Assembly: GCA_009602725.1 (NCBI GenBank)
Contig: WELB01000027.1
Coordinates: 282,752-329,220, forward strand
Length of the DNA stretch: 46,469 nucleotides
Reading direction: 5' to 3'
Source of the DNA: Spirogloea muscicola
Lineage: Eukaryota
Of this stretch, positions 28,170 to 38,855 are shown piece after piece. The notes beneath the pieces are model-generated. The model ran no database searches and had not been told where the DNA came from. It saw only the letters and a program-made list of their open reading frames with translations. The translations under genes and the position numbers were made by a program. The stretch's first letter is position 1. Every line of letters starts with the position of its first letter.

Positions 28170-29691
28170 CTTCTTTGTTGTTCTTCTATCACGACACACT
28201 AGAAGATGAATAGTAGTACTTTCTACATAGTGATGTATAACACATATCGCCGGTCGAAATACCTGTACAGAACATGAATGATATTCGTAAACGGATATCA
28301 TGATACAATCCTTATGAATATATCCCTGAAGCAACTAGACAAGCTTGCGATTTGATTTCAATCGCAATGCAGTTGGGTTTACTTTTTGTCCTATGACATT
28401 CGATCTTCCGTTGCTTTCATTTGCTTCTTCTTTCCTATGTCAATGTGCAGAAGCGAACTCTTTGAATATAACCATTCGATGATTGCAGGTGATGTCTCCC
28501 CATTGTAGAATTGTGTCAACTACATAATATGCCAAATACCATGATCTACGTGACCAGAATGTGTGCATAGAGAGCAAAGAGGTCTTTTCCATTAGCAGCG
28601 GGCCATAACGTGTAATTCCTTTCGTGTTTTGAAGCCTCCCTTAGGTTGCCTTTGCCAAGAAGAAACAGATGACTGACCACAATATCATACGTTTTCCATT
28701 AGGATGGTCTACTGGATTCAATGCAGCAGCACAAAGTATGGGTCTTCGTCCTAATCATCTGACTAGTTCTGCTGCTCGCAACTTTTATGATACATCTGTT
28801 CAGAGACAACCTACCGTAGCACGACGCTTCATATCTATCAACTGATCAGTACCTGTACATAATCGTATAACGCATTGTCCTTTGACTTTCAATTTGCAGA
28901 GATGAGCAAAAGAGCCTGCGGCTCCACTTGACTTTCCACCTTGGCCAAACAACCACTTTATATCACATATAGTAGTACTACTGCAGACAATAAAGGCTGA
29001 GAGTTTTGTACGACAAGACTGTGTTCTTAAGTAGCGCCTGCTAGACTGACTCGTGGTATGTTTAATTATGTTAGTCATACCTAGTAAAGAGGGTGTTCAG
29101 GACTTCGCCAACGTATTAATGCAATCAATGAAGAACGATTGGATCATATATTTATAAAGTACGTCGATGCATATGAATTTGTCGTTGCGATTGATCTGCA
29201 CCACCTCCTCGACAAGAACTAGTAATGCGACCGGAAGAATGACGCCCAGTAAGTCTGTTTGAAATTTGATGTTAGGCTTGCGCTACTGAACCAATCTTTT
29301 CTTGATTTAAAAAGATTATGCAAGAGGATTTTGCCTTATCTGAACTCCACGTTCTCAGTAAGATATATCTCATGTGATATGCTATCATCTGTACGTATTT
29401 GAGTGATTCACTTCCTTGTTTTCATCTCGGGTTGCTCTCGTGGATTTTGGTCTATGTGGGTGATCTAAGTACTGTGTATATACTTCGCTCAGTTGGTCCT
29501 AATCTCCAGTTCGTGGAGATTAGTATTTTCCTCAAAAGATTGAGAGTATTACAAGCGTTGGCAGCCATCTTGAGTCCATTTTGAAAATTTAGTCGACGCC
29601 ATCGCGCATTCGCTCCATCGAGCAATCTCGTAAGGCCCTCAAGAAAGGGCTTACGAGACATTGTATGTGGATTATCTGTCAACTTGTCCAA
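28170..29691 (-). pseudogene. NUMT copy: end of nad7, rps10, rpl2, rps19, 5' rps3 (decayed)
   Basis: Same sequence as 38856-40377. Confidence 0.9.
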
Positions 29692-30041
29692 ANGCACGGC
29701 TCCCCCCGCTCTGTGGCACCTCCGGCCCTCCTAGTATAGGGCGTCTTTTCATGTAGCCACATTCTTTGCGCTGCATTCTTTGCACTTTCTGCATTTTCTG
29801 CCTGAACAATGTAATGGCTTGAATCGGCCTCGCTTTAATTTCATGCGCACCGCGCGCCTTCTCTCTCTCTCTCCCCTCCCCGTCACCGCCCTCTCGCCCA
29901 GCGGCCTGGGCCTGCAGGCGGGCCCCCTTCCTCGCCCACCTCCCTCCTCGGCCGCCTCCAACCCGACCCCGGCGGCTCTGGCCGGGCATCAGAGCCGCGT
30001 CTCCGTCCCCCGGGCTCTCGTGCCCGCGCCTCCGCGCCGCC

Positions 30042-30643
30042 ATGGCCCTCCAGCCTTGCCCCGCTGACGCCGCTGCCGCCGGCGCCGCCAGCCCTCTGCC
30101 GCAACGAGGAGGGTACCCCTCATGCTGGTCGACGGAGGCGCAGCCTGGCGCTCGCTCCTCCGCGCCCGCGAGCAGCAAGCGGCCCAGCTGCGAGTGTGGG
30201 AACTAGAGTTCCACCAGGCCATGGCCGCCAACCTTGAGCCGATCGACGCCCTCGGTGTGACAAGCCACCCCTTGCCGCTATTGTGTGCCACAGATGCTGC
30301 CATCTGTGATTGACAAAGCCTGCATGCCAACTGACCGAGATGACCAGTCTGCCTGATGTTTCTTTATAGATAACCAGCTTCAGCGCGCTCCTCCTCAGAC
30401 ATTACCTGCTGCTGCCGTGCAGAAGACTCCCCAGACAGTCCGGAGAGCATTGAAACACCGGCGCCATTTCGCAAGCCGAAGCCAAGCAAGCGGCCTCCCG
30501 ACGCGTGCAGTTCCAGTAAACGTCCCAAGGCCTCCGTGCCTTCTCCTCCTTTTGCAGCTTCGTCGAGCTCTAGCACATGCTCTGCACCGGAAAGCGGGGC
30601 GAGCTCTGAATGGTGGCAGGTTTGCTTGGAACCTGCCATCTAG
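30042..30643 (+). pseudogene. Orphan gene B, frameshifted copy
   Basis: Colinear with 42381-42976; 1-bp deletion near 30092. Confidence 0.45.
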
Positions 30644-30886
30644 TGTTCGAGCAGCCACTTCTACATGCTGACCCGCGGCTACTGAGCGTGTCAGCATAGC
30701 AGCAGGCGGCCTCCAACTATGACTGCATTTTCGTATGTCTTAGCCGGTCAGGCTGTGTGTCGTTTGAGACATGCAAATATTATTATTATTATTATTATTT
30801 CCTGGATGGATTTCAGTACTGCTGGCAGTCAATGATAGGCTACACAGTCCGGCAGAACATGCCAGCTGTCAAGCAAGGTGCGATCT

Positions 30887-30994
30887 TTATGCTATATAAA
30901 AGAACAGTAAAATACCCTCTACCGATACATAAGAACCAGCAATACAAAGGGCATTCCATCCCGCAAATGCATCTGGATAATCTGGAATACGACG
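30887..30994 (-). pseudogene. cox1: NUMT: cox1 3' fragment
   Basis: [34 protein letters not shown]. Confidence 0.9.
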
Positions 30995-31262
30995 CACAAT
31001 CACAAAGTACATTCACTGCTCAGCATGTTCCTGTGCCATCATAGAAATGTAGTTTAGAACGATCAGAAGATGCTGGGCTAGTAAGTAAGTCTTCTCTTCG
31101 ATCAGTTTTTCTTTACTTCGGTGAAGTCATCCCAATAAGGAATTATGCACGTTCAGCTACCTCGCCATACATTCCTACTAATAACCGTAAACTCCATGGG
31201 CAGCAGGGCGATGTGGCCCAGATACTAGAATAAATGTCATAAATCTCTTTCGCCTCAGCCAT
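30995..31262 (-). pseudogene. nad7: NUMT: nad7 5' fragment
   Basis: GPHRPAAHGV, GEVAERA, LHRSKEKLIEEKTYL, YISMMAQEHA with stops and frameshifts. Confidence 0.88.
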
Positions 31263-31281
31263 TGTGAGAAAACATCCATGC

Positions 31282-31328
31282 AGCCTACGACCGGACTTGA
31301 ACTGGAGACCTTTCTCTCACCAAAGAAG
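31282..31328 (-). pseudogene. trnT: NUMT: 3' half of mitochondrial-type tRNA-Thr(GGU)
   Basis: ttctt-tGGTga-gagaa anticodon arm, aggtc variable loop, tccagTTCAAGtccgg T-arm and tcgtaggct acceptor strand, immediately upstream of the nad7 ATG. Confidence 0.7.
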
Positions 31329-31475
31329 AAGTGGCTCTTCCAATGGGGGCAAGGGCTGTGAAAAGCCAGCCCGGAAAGTATTGACAATTGACAAAGGTTC
31401 GAAGGGGCCAAATGACGGAGGAGCCTAAAACGCTATGGCAGAACGGGTGGAGGATGGACCACTCGGTAGCTACGA
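31325..31475 (-). mobile_element. Retrotransposon 3' UTR and terminus
   Basis: Terminal motif gggctggcttttcacagcccttgcccccattggaagagccacttctt. Confidence 0.7.
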
Positions 31476-31939
31476 GCGAGGAGCTTCAAATCTGACAGAC
31501 TAGCTGCTGGAAAGCATTTCCCCTGACAAAAGCCAGAGGCTGCAGCAAGAGCACGGCCAGCGCGCAGATGCAAGGCGTGGGCGTGGGCGTGGGGGAGGGG
31601 GGATTAAGAAGCAATGAACAAATCAAAATTGTAAGGACTGGAGAAGGGGGGACAGAAGGCGCGGGTACCGCATGTAATGAAAGAGTCGCCAATATTGGCC
31701 AATACACCATTCAGGGAGAGGGAGGGGGCTCGGCTTGCGCGGCTCCCTCCCTCGACGGCTCTCCCTCCCTCCCTTGACATTTGACAAGGTCTGGATCTAT
31801 CAGCACCCCTTCATTTCGGCACCTTCGTGGCTCTTTGGATCTACTTGGGCTGGCCTTTTCCAGCCCCTCCTCTCTATGGGCGACCATTCCTTATCAGTAC
31901 TCCGCCGCAGATGACACGCCCTCGAAGCGGGATGGAGTG

Positions 31940-32630
31940 TGTATTAAGACATGGAGGGCCTGTGTGGCCAAGTACAAAGGCAAGCACATTGACTAATGTA
32001 CATCACCTGCTGCTAAGCTGACCCGCTTTGTAATCACGAGTCAGCCCCTAGAGGTCGCTAAGGGATGCCCGAATACCGGACGGCGATCGACAAGCTCTTG
32101 ACCTACCGGCTAAGGCTCGACCAGCTTTCTGATACAACGCATGAGCCTGGGCTCGCTCCAGACAAGCTGACACTCGACGTCGCAAGAATGACAAGTAGGC
32201 TGCCGGCACGCCCATTTGAGCTGGAAGTGCATCCTCAAGACGAGCATATCCCAAACTTGCAATATTCTCCAGTAGGGTGTGGAAGCGAGGACCCATGCAG
32301 CCGAAAGTGTCAATTGCAGCCGGTAGGAGGTGATCGCTGCGGTGTAAGTCAGAGTAGTGTAGGAGCTTTCTCTGCTCAGCACCTTCCACTGCGTGGCCAG
32401 CAATGTGCGTCAATGCGGAACTCTTGTACGCGTCCGTCACCACCACATCAATCAAGGCTCGTGGGCCTCCGCCAGGTTGTACACCCATCACGTCCAGGGT
32501 GCGACGGTGATGGCGTCCCTGAGCATCCTGGTGATGGGCATTGTATTGCTCACTTTCACAATTGCGCGGTAGCCGGCGTCGCGCATCAGGTCCGCCAGGG
32601 CGTCCCAAAGGGGATTATGCACCCACCACT
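31940..32630 (-). mobile_element. 5'-truncated CRE-like retrotransposon (subfamily C)
   Basis: RRTLDV..RALIDVVVTD..RKLLHY..LLPAAIDTFG..RVSACLERAQAHAL: RLE PD-(D/E)xK-type core homologous to 33391-33900. Confidence 0.85.
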
Positions 32631-32639
32631 TCAGGGCCC

Positions 32640-32750
32640 TTTCAGGCCCCTTTGTAGCTGCTCATCGCTTGTCGGCCCCTCCGACCCTTTGTCAATTCTT
32701 TGGGCTGGCTGGTCGCAGCCCTTGCCCCCATTGGGAGAGCCACTTCTTCA
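32640..32750 (+). mobile_element. Retrotransposon 3' UTR and terminus capping the 5' end of the preceding copy
   Basis: Closely similar to 91-200. Confidence 0.75.
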
Positions 32751-33265
32751 GGGCCTGTGGGACAGCGCAGCATGTGGGTAGCGAGGTCTCCACCTCCGCG
32801 CGGAAGCCCGAATTCACTGATTTCCTCCAATCAGGCAGGTCGAGGGAAGGCCAAGGAATAGCTGGAGAAGCGTCCGAAATGCTTCGGGGCTGATCTTGAA
32901 AGCGTTGTGGATGACGTGGCTGGATAGTGAGCCAGTCGAGGCGGGGGCGTTTTTGCACCCGGGCAGCGCCCCGCAAACCCGGCGTTCCCGTGGGGCTTTC
33001 TGGGCCGGGCCAAAAAATCCCCGCCACGCCCCGGCGGCCCTCCCGCTTGCCTTTGTACTTGGCCTTTTGGCCTTCGTTTGTTTCAAATGCACGAATGTTT
33101 CCCCCGCGTGGTTGCTGAGCGGGTCAGCTTAGCAGCAGATGCCAACCCAAAAAGAAGTGCCACTTCTTCTCTTCTCTTTGGCTTTGGACATTGTCCATTC
33201 TTTTGGGTTGGCTTCTTTACGGTAGTCTCGTGCATGGCTGTGTGGTCGAGGCGCCTTCGGCTATT

Positions 33266-34792
33266 AAGAAGAAAGTGCTCGCCCATTGAGAATAGGGGCT
33301 GGAACAACCAGCCCGAAAAAGAATGAACAGAGTACGAGAAGGGGGCCAGGGGAAGCGCTAAGTAACAGAAACAAAGCTGCTACGAGACACTCAGTAACCC
33401 CTGCTAAGCAGCCGCAGATCAGAGATGCTGGGCTCCTGGAAGTGGGTCCCCTGGCCAGAGCCAGAGGCAGCAGCGAGGGCTCTGCCGGCACGAAGGTGCA
33501 GCGCCCGGGCCATAAACCTCTGCAGCGAGACGGCCAGGCGCATTCGATACACTTGCGCCAGCGACCCGGCTGCAGGGAAGTCAACCGGCTCCCCATGGAA
33601 GCGCCGGGCGATGGTGTGGCGGGCGAGCTGGGTGAGCAGCTCGAGCCACCGAGCGCCCAGCGCCCCATGTGTGTCGATGGCCAACGGGAAGAACTCGTCT
33701 TCCCGCGGATGATCCGCGTACTTCAGCTCTTTGGCCCGAGCAGCGCAGGCGACCGCATACCCAGCCGTGGTGGCACATTTGGCTGGGTGTGAGCGGTCAT
33801 AGGCATCAGTAGTCACCACGTCCAGGAGAAGACGTGGCCCGCCGGCCTGTCGGGTGGCCACCAGGTCTACACGCCTGGCATGGAGACCGTCGGCCCTGTG
33901 CTGGATTGGCATGATTCCGGAGTGCTCTGCTGCCACGGAGAAACCAGCCTCCAACAGGATGCCATGCATTACGTCGCGGAGGCGGTCGTGGGCCGCTGTC
34001 CGCTCTCCGCCGTGGGAACAGCGCAGAACATGAGCAGCCAGCTCTCCAGGCTCGGTCCCGCGCTCGCCACACTCACATTGACGCACACCCTGGAGACATG
34101 GCGGCAGTAGGCCCAGGAGCCGGTGGACGGCACTTCGGAATACCTCGTCCGGGAGGGTGAGGGCGTCGTAGAGGGGGAGGGCCTGGAGCCACGCCGCAGC
34201 CCCCGGGGAAGAGGCCGAGTGGAGTCTCGCGCGCCCGCGCAAGTCGGCCTCGGGGAGCTGGAGCACGGCGGTGGTGTAGGCGGCCTTGTCGACCACTGCC
34301 GCGATGCGCGCTTGGACGCGCAAGTCGGCGGTGTGCGCGAGGTGCGCAAAGGATACCGCCTGGCCGGCCAGGTCCGGGTGCGCCGCGAGCAGCTCCTGGT
34401 GGGCGGAGCGAAGCGACACCTGGAACGGCAGCGGGCCCATGTCGACCTCCGCCACCGCCTGCTCCAGTGCCCGCCGGCCGTGGACCAAGAAGCGCTGGGC
34501 CACGGAGGCGGCAGTCTGCGCCCAGCTGCCGAGGTATGCCGCCCGGCAAGAACGAGCGAGCGGGCGCAGGCCGAGACCACCGTGGCTGAGGGGTAGCGCC
34601 GCCTGGTGGATAGCTGCTGGCGACTGGAGGAAGCCCTGGTGGCGGACCAGGGCCGCCAAGCTCGCCACCATGCTTGCATCGAAATCTGCATACGCTGCCA
34701 ACGCCCCAGGGGACGGCGGAGTGGCCCGCGTCAGGTACTGGGGCCGCTGCCCAATGGCCCTGGTCAACATGGCCAGCGATAGTTGCATGTCG
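33266..34792 (-). mobile_element. Longest copy of CRE-like non-LTR retrotransposon (post-RT thumb region, CCHC knuckle, RLE; RT core absent)
   Basis: Open frame with LPLSHGGLGL..AAYLGS, CECG-x11-HVLRC, RTAAHD, RRVDL..LLLDV..KELKY..FFPLAIDTHG..LAVSLQR; 3' UTR ending gggcgagcactttcttctt. Confidence 0.9.
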
Positions 34793-35823
34793 TCGCTATT
34801 TGGACCTTGTCCATTCTTTTTGGGCTGGCCTTTTTCATTTGGGGGTAGCGTCGCCGAGGGCCTCATTTTGCGCCCGGGCAGCCGGCCCGCTCGCCCGCCC
34901 GGCTGCAGGCGGACCCGGCACCCATTCCCTCCAGCTCCGGGAGCGCGGGAGCGGGAGACTGTAGGGCCAGCGAATACATTTCGTGCATGAAACAACGAAG
35001 GCCAGCGCTCCGGGCTACCCGAGGATGAAGGGGAACAACGGGGGAGGAATGGGGCAAAAAAAGAAAGAGAAAGGGTGAGAGAAAAGCGCGCAGCGGCGCG
35101 AATCGAATTGACAGGTTGGCCGAATTTCAAACAGTGACACTGTCTATGGACATTGGTGTATATGAAAACAAATGAAGGCCAAATGGCCAAGTACAAGAAG
35201 GGGATAGAGGGGGCGCGGCTGGCGCGGCTCTCCCTTCTTCGACGGCTCTCCCTTCCTACCTCCCCCACCCCCTCCTCTCTCCCTTGATGTACACGGGCCC
35301 CCTTCCTCGCCCCCCTCCCTCCTCGGCCGCCTCCGACCCGACCGCGGGAGGCTCTTGCCAGACATCAGAGCCAGCGCCACCAGCGCCTCTGCCGCAACGA
35401 GGACGGTACGCCTCATGCTGGACGACGGAGGCGAAAGCTGGGATGTGTGCGGAGCGCGCTGGAGCTGGTCACTTCGAAGGTACGTCAGGCTGACTGTCAC
35501 GTGCATCAGTGGCACGGATATCACTGTCTTCTTCTTTCTAGTCATGGCATGCTGGCAATACATTCGAGCCGTCAGACAAGGCGCTATCTAAAATTGTGAA
35601 ATCTGTTGACATGATGAGCATGACTATGCAGCATAGTCATGCAGCTTGGAGTGGACCAGCCGGCCACACAGCCCTACACTCGTCACTGAACATCAACCTG
35701 CAGGCAGCACAACACGTGGAGAGCTCTCAGTCTTTGCAGATAAGGTAATTCTCTGCAGCACTTAAGTGTAAAAGCTGGCTTTCTACTGTGGCAGACCGTC
35801 CCATTGTAGCTCACAGTGATGCA

Positions 35824-36736
35824 TCACTTCACCTGGAGCTCGACCTCCGACAGGAAGCCAAGCAGGCCCTCAAAGTCGTCAAGGTCCATGGCGGGGCTTG
35901 CGGGTCCGGCCGCAGCGGTGGCGATGGTGGCCTCCAGATCCTCGAAGAGGTCTGTGAGGTGATTGCACTCAGCCTCGCCCTCGTGCGGCGGGCTCAGTAG
36001 GGGCGGCAGCGTGGCAACATCAAGGTTGGGGGCCAGGTCGGAGGCCCATGTCACAGAATTGCAGTGCACGATGAGGGCCTGCTCGGCACAGTACGGTCTA
36101 GCATTAGTATCATGCTCAGACATGATGCACAGCATTCTGCACGGGCCACCTGTAAAAATTAGTCGGGTGCAGGTCAGGCGGGTGATCAAGGTCGCAGCTT
36201 GGCTGACAGCTGGCAAGAAGCAGGCTGCAGTGGCCACTTCCTAAGGGTTGTAAGCCATTACGACTGACATACCGGAGGTTGTTGCAAGGCCCGGGCGTGC
36301 TTCATTGGCACGGATGGCGGCTGGAAAGTGGCTTTCTTGACGCCCAGGGTGGCTTTCCGCTTTCTGGACGAAGGGTGGACGAAGGTTGCTAAGTTTGCGT
36401 GCCGAGTGGGCTCGCTCGCACCGACGGGTCCTAATACATAGGCAAATGCCGAGAATGACACCGGTTGAGAATTCAGAGCTTGTTCAATAGTGAGGGCAAG
36501 TGAAGATAGGACACAACAGTGGATACAAGCACGAGCAGCGAGGCCTGTAAGCGAGTACCTCGACATTGGGCAAAGGTACGCGACAACGCGAGGCGGGTCT
36601 CGCTCTTCCAAAGGCGGATGATGCCGGCCTGGATAAGCTGCGCCGCGGCGAGGCTGTGCGGCGCTGCGTCCTCGGCGTTGGAGTGGGCGATGTGGCAGGA
36701 GGGCGCCAGGCGCTGCGGCGCCGATGCCTCGGCCAT
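35824..36736 (-). pseudogene. Orphan gene A, copy 2
   Basis: Colinear with 25128-26051; same N-terminus and acidic tail. Confidence 0.45.
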
Positions 36737-37619
36737 GCAGCGCGGACGGGGGAGGGGCCGCAGGCGGCGCGGGCGCAGGCTGCGCGGTGGCGGGCGGCGG
36801 CGGGTGGGCGTGGGAGGCCGCGGGAGCGAGCGGGGGGGGGACTGCAGGGCCAGCGCTCCGGGCTCCCCGATCATGTAGGGGGAGGGAGGGGTCTCGGCTG
36901 GCGCGGGGAAAAGCACGCGGCTGCTGATCTCATGAGACGGGCTGTGAACGAGAGAGCGCGCGGTGCGCATAAGATGAAGGGGCCAATTCAAGACATGCTA
37001 TTTCCACACATCCTGGATCTGTCAGTACTGCTGGCAGTCAATAAGGGATAGCTTACAGGGGGGGGGAATGGGATCCATAAAGAAAATAGAATCATCGAAT
37101 TGGAGGATGGGGGCGGGGGCTGTGAAAAGCCAGCCAGAAAGAGTGAAGAAAGTATCACGCTGAGGCATCTAACGGCGAAGAGCCGACTGCAGTGATGCTT
37201 GGAGGCGCACGCGAGGCGGGGCGCTGCAAGCAACTACCGCGTCCCTGTGGCCCGCCTAGCCGTTCCCCTTCTCCCCTTCTCCCTTGGGGAGGAAGAGGCC
37301 CATCCTTTTCTGTGCCGGCCTTTCAAGGGGACTGCTTTCCGGCGGCTAATCCTTTTGACTTGCGGCCACTCAATCCAAGGCTACTAGATGACCATTTCAC
37401 AGCAATCACCCCCTTCCTCTCTCCCCTCCCCGTCACCGCTCTCTCGCCCAACGGCCTGGGCTTGCAGGCGGGCACCCTTCCTCGCCCACCTCCCTCCTCG
37501 GCCGCCTCCCACCCGACCCCGCGGCTCTGGCCAGGCATCAGAGCCAGCGCCAGCAGCGCCTCTGCCGCAACGAGGACGGTACGCCTCATGCTGGACGACG
37601 GAGGCGAAAGCTGGGATGT

Positions 37620-38060
37620 GTGAGGAGCGCGCTGGAGCTGGTCACTTCGGAAAAACGTCACGCTGACTGGTCACTTGGTCAGCTGGCATGCATGCTAAAG
37701 CAAACCACAGACTACATGGCACACGACAGCGGCAAGGGTGGCTTGTCACACCGAGCGCGTCGATCTGCTCAAAGTTGGCGGCGATGCTGTGGTGGAACTC
37801 CTCCTCCCACAAGCGCAACTGGGCCGCTCCTCCACGCCCGCGAGCGGCAAGCGGCCAGATGCTCTTGTGGGAGGAGGAGTTGTACGACGGCATCGCCGCC
37901 AACCTTGAGCAAAGCGACGGACTCGGGGGTGACAGCCACCCTTGCCACTGTCGTGTGCCACACATGCTGTAGTCTGTGGTTTCGCTTCGCCTGCATGCCA
38001 GCTGACCAAGTGACCAGTCAGCCTGTCCTTTGAATTGACCAGCTCCAGCGCGCTCCTCAC
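37620..38060. repeat. Duplicate of gene-B fold-back
   Basis: Same sequence as 26934-27374. Confidence 0.92.
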
Positions 38061-38855
38061 CCATACCTGCTGCTGCCGTGCAACAGATCACCAGACAGTC
38101 TAAAGAGAGCCCTGTAACACCGGCGGCATGTCGCATGCGGAAGCCAAGCAAGCGGTCTCCCAACGCGAGCAGCTCCAGCAAGATTCCAAGGCCTCCGTGT
38201 GTTCTCCTCCCCTTTCAGCATCTTTGGGCTCAGGCACATGCTCTGCACCAGAGAGTGGGGCGAGCTCTGAATGGTGGCTGGCTTGCTTGCAACCTGCCAT
38301 CTAGTGTTCGGGCAGCCACTTCTACATGCTGACCCGCATCTTCTGAGCGGGTCAGTATAGCAGCACGCGGCCTCCATCTATGGATGCTTTTGCGTGTGTA
38401 CTTGGCCGGTCAGGCTGTGTGTCGTTCAACACATGCTATTCCTCTATCCGGGGTCTGTCAGTACTGTTGGCAGTCAATGAGGGACAACTTACAGCTTACA
38501 GGCAGAACACGCCAGCTGTCAAACAAGGTACGATGCTTAACAGCGTACTTTGTGACCTGACTGCATCTTACAGTGCCAGGACCAAGGGCGATATCATGGT
38601 AACATCCACAAGTGCTTGCTGATCTCTGTACTCACCTTGACTGGGCTCTTACATCTGTAACCGAGCATCAGTGAAATTGCAGATGGAGGAGAGAATGGAT
38701 ATTTCCTTGATCTGGCCCTAGGTCGTTGAATGGAAAACGAAGTCAAGGCGGTTCATTGCCCAAGATCGCGCCTTGTCTGACAGCTCACATTCATTGCCAG
38801 GATGCCATGACTAGAAAGAAGAACAAGATTTGGTATCACTGCCGCTGGTGCAAGT

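Larger units (their letters stand above)
25570..29692 (+). repeat. Segmental duplication, copy 1 (copy 2 at ~36255-40378; offset 10,686 in the identical part)
   Basis: ORF tracks identical at +10,686 from ~26.1 kb to the N at 29693; near-identical 25.6-26.1 kb; more diverged homology extends left to ~24.93 kb. Confidence 0.95.

Noticed and set aside
31050..31075. nad7 TCT-GAT-CGT resembling an unedited land-plant codon
   Set aside because: The NUMT is too mutated to infer RNA editing from one site
34793..35268. N-terminal ~160 aa of the 625-aa ORF
   Set aside because: Chance read-through across an inverted 3' terminus and promoter-like DNA; retroelement homology starts near 34790
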